Source: Gordius albopunctatus
Taxonomy: Eukaryota
DNA: 64,000 bases
Assembly: GCA_964276515.1 (NCBI GenBank)
Contig: OZ193909.1
Coordinates: forward strand, 15,872,001-15,936,000
Direction of reading: 5' to 3'
Below are positions 50,475 to 62,031 of the stretch, piece by piece (positions within the stretch are counted from its first letter, which is position 1; each line of letters opens with the position of its first letter). The translations under genes were made by a program, and so were the position numbers. Under the pieces are notes generated by a model, which saw only the letters and a program-made list of their open reading frames with translations, did not search any database and had not been told where the DNA came from.

Positions 50475-53400
50475 ATGGCTCATAGCTATAAAGATCCGAA
50501 GCCTATCAAGCATGGCTCTTTGGAGCATAATTTATTGCTTCCGAAAGGCACTTTAATAAGTAAAGAACCCAAAGGTCTTCTTATAACGGATCCCAAAATA
50601 GTGGAAGGCATAGAATCATTCATAGATGAAATGCCAAGTAGTTCACCAACGCAATGGGTTTCTTCCATAGATAAGACCGATTCCAAATTACAGCACCATA
50701 TCCTAAATCACGACGACGAGATTGAAGGTGGAAGAAGCTCTGATGAGCCTGATAAAGCTATGATACAGAGAAGAAAATCGTCTAAAGTTGTTGTAACGCG
50801 AGATAAATGGAATCGCAAATTGGATTTCATATTTTCTTGCATCGGTTTATGCATAGGACTAGGTAACGTATGGAGATTCCCCTACCTATGCTACAAAAAC
50901 GGAGGAGGTGAGTTACTTTTGCGAAATGTTAATATGCCTGGGGTGCAAATGATTTGAGGCTTTTATACGGAAAAAATAGCAAAGTTTTTTGAGCTCTCAA
51001 ACTTTTCTTTTGATGAGGATACCATACGCACTTTTAGAATAGTCGACCCTTCCTATATAAAATGCTACATTTGTGTTAGCAAGTAAACATAATTTATTTG
51101 CTAATTTTTAATTGTTTTAAATAGGATTTAATTATCCATAATATTTTACGTTAATTTGTATTTTAGCCGTTTTTTATTTTAATTGCCGAGAATATTGAGG
51201 TTGATTTTTGGATCATTAATGTCATTTAAATGACCTTAGGGCATAATAAAATTATGACGAGGTAATTATTGAGCCTAAGTTAGTTATGTTTTCACCCATT
51301 TATAAATTTTAAAACTTTTAATGATTACGGATAATAGACATGGTGACACATTAAAATTTCTTACTGAGAACGAGAAATAGTTGCAAAAATCTGCTAAATT
51401 GGAAAATATTTATTTGCGACAAACTCGTGAATATCCAAAATCTAACGATTTCAACTAATAGATTTTGATTTTTTTTTGGATTTTTAAGATTTACAAATGA
51501 TCTTGCAATATTAAGTCGCTATATTAAAATTTTTAACAATGTTGTGGGGTTCATATCTAATAAAACAGCAGAGGAAAATTATAAAAATCAAAGTTATTCG
51601 AATATAAGTGTTTTGAGGTAAATCCAATAAAAACTGATTACAGAAATCATTTCTTATAAAAAGACTAAACTGAACTTAAAAACTATGGCAAATGTATATA
51701 CATTTAAAAAAAAGAAAAAAATTTAAGGGCCTTTTACGGCCATATTTCTTGTCAAGGTACATTAAGCCCTAATTTAATTAGAAAAGATATTCAATTTAAT
51801 TTTTAAATATTTTCCACAAGCCTAATAATACCTCCTAACCTTTCGTTTAAGGGCATACTAAATGTTTTTTCTATTATAACGGTATCTTTTCTTACATTAA
51901 AAGTTATTTTTGTTTTTTAATTATTTCTAATATTATACCTCCCTCTACAAACGATGTTTCTGTACTAGCTTAACAAGTATTTGTTAACCCGTTTACTACA
52001 AATTGTAAGGTGTCCCTATCGCTATATTCATTAAATGCATCTGGCATGAAAGCGACTAAATAATAGTTATATTAGGAATGTATTAACCTCCATATGGATT
52101 CTATCATTAACATTATCCTCGCGAAATCTATTCTAATTTTATGTAAAAAGTTAAAAACATTTATATTCAAGGGTGTGTGTAGCATTGGGATTAGAGGGGG
52201 GGGCAATAATGATTTAAGGAGGGGCAAAATGATAATTTTTTGGAAATTTTAGCCGTAATTTTAATAAATTTCTACATATTTTTGGATTTAGAGGTGTCTC
52301 CCCCCTTCATGCACTTATTAATGATTTACGTTAAGTAACATTCCGAATTAGATAAAATATATAAAGCATTATTTGATATATAAAAACGGGTGATTCCGGA
52401 TACTCTAACACTTTTTCCTCACACTTTTCAACACTGTTTAAATTACAAATCTTACATTGTGCAATAAATAATTAAATGAAATTTAACTGGCATAAAATAA
52501 AAAAGTGCTTAAAGATAAGTCTTTTAAAAAGGTGTCTTTCTCTGAAGCAGGTATTATACCTTAAGTCTTAATAAATTTTAAACTCGGAAAGTTTATAGAT
52601 TCGAAATTTTCTAGTCAGAATCCACTTTAACTCGATTCCTTCCCTTTCATTCTGAATTTCATATCTATTAAAAGCATAAATTAGGAACGTTATATAAAGA
52701 TTGAATTACTTTCACCCATGAGCGTAGCCAAGGGGGGCAGGGAGGGGCGGCTTCCTCCCTCTAAATCCGAAAATTTGTTGAAATTTATTAAAATTATCGC
52801 TAAAATTTCAAAAAAAGATCATTTTGACCCTCCATAAATCATTATTGCCCCCGTCAAATTCCAATGCTGGCTACGCTTTCACCATAACTTTAGATTCAAA
52901 TCAGGCTATAAGATAGACGGTCGTTGCTACTATTTCCACAATTTCAAGACTTTCCATTATTTGACGGCCATGGACTAATTTCCCTATTTTATCCCTACTA
53001 AACAATTCCCTCACATTTTCACTAAAATTAATTTTATACCCATTAGAAACCTCTTAAAATCGTAAGTGCAGTTTAAATAACGGTGGGGGGAAGGGTCGTT
53101 TTATGGAAAATTGTTAAAATGAATCCATTAAGGCTGTGGGTATACATTTTTAAATTGTATTATCAATAATTCTATCAGCCAATCGTTTGGGTAGAATGCA
53201 TTGTAATATAAATACGGGACTGCTAAGGTTTTAGATAATAGAATTAATATAGGAAGGAACAATAGGAACCTTTGTGGGGACAATGAGATTTTAGATAAGG
53301 CCAATCGATTAGCCTAATTAAAAACAATTTACTCTGAAATCGTCGAATTAATGTATCGTAATTGCTTCAAAAGAACACTCAATATTCCACACCACCAACG

Positions 53401-56400
53401 TTTAGTGATTCTTAAGAAACTGCTAAATCTAGAAAAAGTGGCAATTTTAGATGTTGACGATTTTTATTAAAAAAGTTTTTTTGTGATGTTATTATAGGGA
53501 TCTTTGTTAAAATATATTTTTTTAATTGATATCTTGAACATTATTTCTAAAATAAATCTTGTTTAGATGTTTTTGAGCTAGAGAAATCTTAACGCTAAGG
53601 ACTTAGAAAGGGGGAGGCAGGAAATGCAGCCCCCCCCCCTTCAATACCAATATTCTAAAAAACAAAACTATGTTAAAATTCATAAAATGTTAGTTTTGCC
53701 CGTCCCTAAACTATAAATTTTTTGCCCTCGGCCCTCTTAATTAAATCAAATGTCACGTTAGTTTTAATGAAGACGCGAGTCTTAATCACAACTCTGACTT
53801 CTTAATAAATCATTTATGGTAATTTGTTTAATATCCTCGGTGTAATTTAATTGAAATTTATCGCCTTGCTTCATGTATCTTCAACGACAACACCTCTTTT
53901 TTTAATTTAGATTTAATAAGTTATAATAATTAATTATACAACAAAATCTTACGTTGTGTAAAAATATCACTTTTTGTGAAATTTTTGCCACAAAACTAAT
54001 TCCAAGTGTATGTAATATGCCATTTTACGCCTTTAATTAACATAATTTTAATACTTATAATCATCCCTGGTAAAAATATTGAGCCTACTTTGAGGAAATT
54101 TTAGTTTGCATCATTGGCTCCAAAGAAGACAGTTCGACTTGCCACAAACACAGAGTAAGTATAAGTAGCAAGTTAGCATCGCGTTAGCACTCAATTTTTT
54201 GTGACTTAACTTTAGAAACCTTGGCTTTAGTATACTTACTGAAAAATGTGTTAGATCACTTAGAAAATCAAGGGCGTAGCCAGGATTTGCTAGAGGGGGG
54301 GGGGTTTAAAATTTTTGAAGCCATATTTTTTTTTGAAGTAATTTTATTTTCGACATATATTATTGAAAGTAAAGTAAAAATACAACAAAAATAAATTATA
54401 ATATAACAAAATATTTAAAAACTATAAACAATTAATATCGACGTTTTTTAGATAAAAATGCATTAATAATATCTTCTGTTTTGGGGGTATATTGTCTATG
54501 TACATTTAACAAGGTTAATCCAGTAAGCCTAAATTAAAAATTAGTAAAACCATTTAATTTACCTTTCTTGTCCCATTGTGTTCCTGAGGTAAGTTTTTAG
54601 TCTTTTTAAAGCTGAAAAACATCTCTCATTAGAGCATGTTGTAACGGGGAGTGTGGCTAAAATATGGTATAATGTTTTTATATTTGGATGTAATTTTAAT
54701 TTGGACGCATGATTGGTTAATGTTTCCAATGCAGCATTGGTAGGCAAATTCTCTAATTCACAGTCCTTGAACGACTGATACCACAATTTAATATCCGATT
54801 TGAATAGTTCTTGAGAGCCGTCAAGATCTTCTTCATAAAAATTTGCCAATTGAAGAAAGTTATTTAATATCTCTGTTGAGAGCATGACAGGGGACTTAAT
54901 TAGAAGGGAATCAAATCCCAACAGTATTTGCTTGTTTTTTAGAAACCTTTCATCAAGTTCCACCAAAACCGCATCTAAAAAGGAGTTATGCAACGAAACT
55001 CTGTAATAAATTTCTGGACAAGATGTTTCAATGTTTGAACGAAGAGTTTGTCGTGAGGCTCTCCTAGGAATAGTAATTTTGAAATCATATATATCTCCTA
55101 GTGACGAGACATCATTGTAGATTGTTTTAAATTCTTCTTGGGAATTTTCCCGCAAATGTTGAATCTGTATAAACGCATTTTCGGCTGCATTTATGGCATG
55201 AGAAAGGTCTATATTAATCTTTTGCAAATAATTGCTAAGATTAATATTCTAAGAGAAAATTTGATTTAGCATGTACAAAGACAGCCAAAAGTTGGATGTC
55301 CTTAATGATGAAAGCAAAATCGCCGCATTGGACGATGATTCTTCATCGTCCTATTCACACATCTCCTCCAAGGTAGCAAATATTGCTTCCTTCGCTTCAC
55401 AGAATCTTTGAACAGAATTGTGCTTTTGTGTCCATCTAGTTTCACACAGTGATATTAATTTTGTGAATTTAGGGTTATCCGACAATGGCAATACTTTAGA
55501 AGTGAAAAGATTAAATCTTTTGGGGGTTGATATAAAATCAGTGATTTTTTTGACAAGACTATTTGTATCTTTCTCCTCAGAAATGCAAATGTTACTCTTT
55601 TTAGGGAAGTATGTATAAATGGAATATCGCTTCATAATAAGGCGCGGAACTTAAATTTACAAATAAGATCAGTTTGGAAGCTTTTAATCAAAAATACAAA
55701 TTCCGAAATTCAAAATTTATTAACTTGTCGACTTAATTTTTTAACATATATATATATAAATATAAACGCAGCACTTGACACTAGCTAAATTAATTATAAT
55801 CATGATTATCAATAATTTTGTGTTGTCAATAATTTTGTGTTGTATTTGAAAAAAAATAATATCCAGGAGGAGGGGGGGTTCAAACCCGAAAACCCCCCCC
55901 TTCCCTACGCGCTTGTAGAAAATATTTCCATATTATGGTAGCCGAAAGAATTTTTAATTAAATTTTTCGATGCGTTATTGAGTGTTACAAGGTTTTTTGT
56001 TCCAACAAACCATTGAGCCTATATATGTAAAATGTTTTTGAGATAAATATTGATTAAGAAAGTAAAGAATTTCCCAGTTCCAATAGTTTTTCCAGCAGAT
56101 GGTGGTATAAACTATTAGACCTGCAATAAATTAATTTTATCACCTTCTACATCAAGCTGTACGTATGTTTGTTTTAACGGTCCTAAGAAAAATTGTCTAT
56201 AATTTTTCCCGCGTTTTTAAATGTATATAATTTTGCAAGTTATCAGTAGATATGGATAAATGGTAAATGAGCAAACTTTATAGGATTATAAATTTTTTGT
56301 TTATTGGACACAATCATTCATTACCAATATGAAGGTGTATTTAATGAAATTAGTCGATGCTAAGAAATTTATTTTAAGGGATATATGAAACATTTTAATT

Positions 56401-59400
56401 TTTGAACCATTAAAAGTATTTTTTATTAAATGTAACCTTTAACACTTTTAATTAATTAGCGATGCTTCTAATTTTCATTTTATCTAAGTGAACTAATTGA
56501 TAGTGTCAATTAAATGTTTTTTAAACGTTACAAATTCTATTTGTTTCAAAACATGACTTTAAGTATAAACTTGATGGTCATCTACCTAAAAAAGATAAAG
56601 ATGGGCACGATAAGTTATAATTTTAATGAACTAGGTATTGATTATTATTATTTAAACTTACACTTACTATAGTTTATTAACAAAAGCTTTTTATAATAAT
56701 TTTTCAGATTTATGTCGTTAAGATTGTTGCATATTTACCTCGATTCACTATTTATAGACGTTCTAACACTGTCCTTTTCATATATTTGTCTTAAATCAAA
56801 CTTTCATAATGGCTTCGTCCTGTACCATGTTAATTGAATTTTCGCATGAGTGATACTTTTGATTAAGGCACGGAAGCTTAGATTAAACTCTATTCATAAA
56901 TCTTGCCCTTTCACCTACTTCAAAATTACTGATATCACGTATGAAATTTGGAATATTTTAGAATCTATCTTAAAAAACACTATAAATTTTTTGCAATAAC
57001 TGCATTATAAATGAATGCGATTTAATTATGACCTTTTGTTTGTGAAATAAAACAGATTATTTTGGCGTGGAAATTTAATCAAAATTACTTTTTGCACTTT
57101 TAATATTTAATTACCAGCGGCTTTCATCCTTTAAAAATTCTAAGAAATGAGATTTATTTAAGTATAGGTGACCGGGATTTTAAAATGCAATTTAAGAAAA
57201 TCGGTATAAGTTACAATTGTATACTGATGAGTTATTGATTTTTATTATTACAAAATCGAATAATATTAGGCTAAATATGGTAAAATAAATTAATTTTTCA
57301 GCTATCGGACACGCAATTTTTTCAACCATAAAAAATCGCGGGGCAGCTATTTAATTAATTTCTTTGAGTAACCTTTTAGTTTTACTTTTGCCTATTTTCC
57401 CTGCCTACTACTTATAATGAAATGTAATAATAAAATTTTCCATATAAATTCGTATTTTCATATGCACCAGGCAACTTAGCATTTTATTTGTCTTATTATC
57501 TGATTGAATAAGTTTGTTTAAAGGGATTAAAGCAAAATTTATGTTATAAACCTTATATAACAGGCTGGCATCCTGGGCCTTTGTAAAAAGCTAATGACAA
57601 GTACAAACTTAATTTTTTGTTGGTATTATTATTAAATAGGTGCGTTCTTGATACCCTACTGGCTAACGGTATTATGCTGTGGGATTCCCATGTATTTTTT
57701 GGAGACCGCCCTGGGACAATATTTATCGATAGGCGGTATAGGAGTGTGGAAAATATGTCCCATTTTTAAAGGTATACAATACGAAGATAAACTAATTAAA
57801 ACTATTTTCGCACGATTGAATTTATGCTTTAGTAGAATAGCCTGACTTATAGCTCATCGAGCCTTTAATGTCAAACTAGGATCATCAAGGAAGGAACTTA
57901 TCACTTAAAGATATAATATTTAATCTAAGGTTGTAAGTGGATATCGAATTATAGTTTTTCATCCTTTTTTAATAACTTTTCAATTAATCTAATTGAAAAT
58001 TGACATGCTCATAAATCATGATTATTACACTAATTTTGATATCTTTTGATTGAATTTTCACAAAATTAAACTATACGTATATCTTCTTCCTTTGAATGAA
58101 ATAATTCTAAATTTTGTCTTATAAAATCACATTTACGGGCATAAGAGATATTAAATATTTTTTGAAAATGCTAAATTTAGAATTTATTAGTTAATATATG
58201 TATAGACCGGGAATAATTTACTATAAAAAATGGGCGTATCCAGGGGGGGCCTTGCTAAAAACGATTATTTTGCTTTTTTATATAATAATTTTAATGAATA
58301 TGTATCCTATTTCACCAAATAAACCGGCATTATATAAACTTATTGAAAACGATGAGTTAATTTTAAGAGTACCTATGTTATTAGTAGCCTCGCTTAGATG
58401 AGATGCAAAACTTAGACCATTTATAAAAGAATCATAAGCAAATTTAGAAATTTGCTAACTCTTTTTTATTGCAATTTTGTAATGAATTGTAAAATGAAAT
58501 AATTTAGGAATACGATGCGCTCTCCTGTGTCCCCTCGGGATTTTGACCGTTTCTTATCATGTGCCTTTACACAAAAATTCCATTATAAGACTAACATCAA
58601 TTTTCTTTATCCAGCCTTATGTTATTACTTATTACCTCTATATATGATATAAAAATTTCAAATTATTTTTAATATTACTACTACCGAACATACATACATA
58701 TATATTAGGTGTAGGATATGCGGCTGCGGTAATGTCATGTTGGTTAGATATCTACTACATAGTTATCTTGTCTTACGCCCTTTTCTATCTCGCGGCTTCC
58801 ATGACCCGGGAACTGCCGTGGAAGACGTGCGGCAACTGGTGGAACTCGGGCCATTGCCTAACCCAAGCCCAAAAAGCTCACATGCAATGTCGTAAAGTAT
58901 CCGATTTGACACATTTTGCCGTAACTCATATAAGAGAAGATGTGCCCCTGCTGCCAGTAACTTCTTATACTTTGAGCCCGGTGGGCTTAGACGAAGGCGC
59001 TGCCACGTTCGAAATATGTCCCGCCAATATATCTGGACAAGTGCGATGGGTTAATTCGTCCGATTTTATTTCGCCCGTGCTCGAATATTGGAAGTATGTG
59101 ATCTGGATTTACAGATGAATATTAGCGTTAACTCTGGTCAAAAGTTATTCCATGATTACGCGTATACTTAACATATTCAATTGTCAACGCGTTAATTAAT
59201 TTTACCATCTAGAGTTTGACCTTAGAAACATTAGAAAGTAAAATTTTGGTAAATTCGATTATGATTGATTTGGGCGCCTAATGAGCGAAACTTTGTAAAA
59301 AAGAGGTGACTAGTGTTGTAAAAACGGCTGGTATTTGTTTGGAAGATTTTGATTTAACTAAGACTAACGGTCGACGCCACGCTATTCTCAAACTTCGACT

Positions 59401-61933
59401 AAGACTAGGCGTCGATTAAAACCAAAGGTCAACCATACAAAACCCAGCGGTTTTTACAACACTCCTATACTACACCATTAATTGTGTGCCTAAAAGAATT
59501 TATCTAAAATGGATAGCTATAGTATTTTGGTTTGGATGTTTCATGCATAAGGGATTAAATTGCCTAAAAAAATGGATTAATAACCTCGCTTAATTTTAGT
59601 GACAGAGTGCTGCAAATAAGTTCGGGCATTGGAGAAGTGGGAACTGTGAGGTGGGAGCTCGCCCTAACCCTCATGTTTGCCTGGATAATATGTTACTTCT
59701 CAATATGGAAAGGAGTGAAATGGACAGGCAAAGTAATTTCACCTACTATTACCACCTTTGTAACAGCAATTTACAGTAGTTTCACACATTTTCGAAAGTG
59801 CCGGCATTAAACTTTTATTATTAATTCATATAAAAATTGCCTTCCTTGAATATGTACGTGCTCTTACACAAACTTTTTCAAGGTGGTTTGGTTCACGGCC
59901 TTAGCGCCATATATATTTATGGCTGTGCTACTCGTCAAAGGATTAACATTGCCCGGTGCTTCGATTGGACTTAAATACTATTTGACCCCAAATTTATCCA
60001 AACTTAAAGATTCTCAAGTAAATTCATTTAAAATATTAGCTTGAGGATATCAAAATTATTTATACAATTTATTTATTGTTAAAAACTAAGCACGTTTACA
60101 GGATTATTTTTACAATTACTGCTATATACAGGTATGGGTCGATGCTGTTACGCAAATATTTTTCTCCTACGGATTGGGTTTGGGAACTTTGATCGCTTTA
60201 GGCAGCTACAATAAGCTTCACAATAACGTTTTTAGGTATGATGAATTTATTGAAGAAAGGTATTATATTTATGCATAACATGTTCCTGAATGCTATGCGC
60301 GGCTCTTAAAGAGTTTGTTTTGTTTTAATGAAATTAGTGTTGGCAATCCTTATGCGCGTTTTTTAAAAGAAGATAGGTTGGATTGATAAAATGCGTAGAG
60401 GAAAATGAAAGGCGATATTTCGAGCTGCAGAGGCCCATCTTCAGGAGATAAAAATGTACGGAAAAAGGAAGAAAAGTGATCGAATGGGTAAAATGAAAAA
60501 GACGTTGATGGATAAAGAATACATAGCAATTACTAATCAGGTTTTAGCGAGAGGGTAACAATGGCGATAGGTGGGATGGGCGTTAATAAAATAAAATCCA
60601 AGTACGACAAATTTACGTCAAAAGATTAATTTGATTATTCTAACAGCATCGTCATTTCGCATCCTTAAGTTTATGGGGTGTGTAAATAAGAAACAGAACT
60701 TCGTCTGTTGTTCACCTTAGGAGCCAATGTAGGTAGTTAACCAAATCATTTTTCCCTTAGCGGCGGCAATAATATTTTAATCATTACAGCAATATTATTA
60801 TCTTAATCAAACATATTCCATTTTATACCGAAAAATTATGATTTTCGGAGACTATTAATTTTCTATTAACATTTAAAGGAAACGGTTGCAGAGTCGTAAG
60901 CACTTAGTAATTTAGAATGCTTAAAAAATTTAAAGTGGGAACTTCGCTAAAAAGCAACTTCCATATGCCGAATAATTAGATGTGACACCGCGATAGGGTG
61001 TTTTCATGTGTTTGCAAGCCGTCAGAAAAATTCAAAGTTTGGAATTGTTTCACGTGAAATGAATGAAAAGCAGCGGGAAAACTAAAAAAACGGTTGCGAA
61101 ATGCTGCTAGGCAGTAACAAAAAACTAGGTTGGTAACTCTTTGCGAATTATCGACTAAACTTAAGGCCAAACGGGCATGTTCAGGAGGCATAGGTCTGTT
61201 TTGGGTGGAACCTTAAGGATATTATCTATTATAAGCTGCTAAAACTTGGCGAAACAGTTGGAACTGAACACCACCAATAACGGATGATCGATCAGAATCA
61301 AGCTTCATCTAAAATAGTAACAGAATTTTGAGAAGAGATAATACAGAGTATTTTTCTTCATGATAATGCACCAGGACACCCAACAAACTGATTAGGAAAC
61401 CATTTAGTTGGAAAATATTTTTGCATGCCTCTTACTCAGCCGACTCATCTCCCCCCGATTACTAATTATTTGCATTGGTTGGACGCGCACTAGCTGAGGA
61501 GCGCTTTCTTACAAATACGAAATTCACTTGACGACTGGCTTGCTGCAGGGGAGTTAGAATACTTTGCGTATAAATCCACAAATTGTCAGACAGGTAAAGA
61601 ACATATGAATAATGATGAAAAATTTTATGGATGAAATATCTTAATCCTTATTCATGCAACAAGCATCATTTTAAAACTCCTGTTGCTCAGATTTCATCCC
61701 AACCCCAACTCCTTGTCACCGGTGCAAAAATAAAAACCCTTTTCCCTCTTTCCTCACCCCAAGACAGTTTTTCCGAATCTTGATTTGTATTATGTTACTA
61801 CTTTTTAGGGATTCTTTGCTGGTGTGTGTGATCAACAGCGTGACAAGTTTAGTGGCGGGGGTCGTCATTTTTTCAGTTATCGGATATATGTCGGTGACAC
61901 AAAATAAACCTGTCGGCGAGGTAGCTGCGTCAG
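50475..61933 (+). CDS. SLC6 sodium- and chloride-dependent neurotransmitter transporter, GABA transporter (GAT)-like; first 7 coding exons, 3' end outside window
   Basis: Exons 50475-50907, 57640-57771, 58709-59093, 59600-59732, 59883-60017, 60132-60235, 61809-61933, phase-compatible. Motifs [107 protein letters not shown]1 has G, not the monoamine-transporter D. The start codon is inferred. Confidence 0.93.
52717..52875. mobile_element. hAT-type MITE, same subfamily as 5794-5971, in SLC6 intron 1
   Basis: Perfect TSD CTTTCACC (52709-52716, 52876-52883); the right TIR lacks its terminal bases. Confidence 0.8.
54269..55915 (-). mobile_element. Internally deleted hAT transposon (Tip100/ZMYM1/THAP12-like transposase remnants) in SLC6 intron 1
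   Basis: TIRs CAAGGGCGTAG / CTACGCGCTTG; perfect TSD TAGAAAAT (54261-54268, 55916-55923); ORF pieces LISLCETRW and [34 protein letters not shown], continuing after a 34-nt intron as [10 protein letters not shown]. Confidence 0.92.
59311..59463. mobile_element. MITE with TAGTGTTGTAAAAAC TIR in SLC6 intron 3
   Basis: TAGTGTTGTAAAAACGGCTGG ... CCAGCGGTTTTTACAACACT; GACTAA subterminal motifs. Confidence 0.7.
60900..61680 (+). mobile_element. Decayed mariner (DD34D-type) transposase remnant in SLC6 intron 6
   Basis: Fragments [18 protein letters not shown] (~61205), HDNAPGH (~61359) and [15 protein letters not shown] (~61424), matching the mariner WDxxGxIYYELL, HDNARPH and HPPYSPDLAPSDY motifs; many stops and frameshifts; boundaries approximate. 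Confidence 0.75.
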
Positions 61934-62031
61934 GTATGACCTAGCTAATTAACAATAAATTTTATTATTTTAATTAACCTTTCATTGTACCTTTAATATT
62001 ATTTTTATGTTTCCAATGGAAATCTCGATTC

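Noticed and set aside
54559..55635. Domesticated ZMYM1/THAP12-like host gene nested antisense in the SLC6 intron
   Set aside because: It has stops, frameshifts and a large deletion, and is bounded by TIRs and a perfect TSD, so it is a defective transposon.
382..61933. Functional glutamate/GABA gene cluster (GOGAT plus GABA transporter)
   Set aside because: The genes are over 32 kb apart with unrelated genes and TEs between them; nothing in the sequence supports co-regulation.
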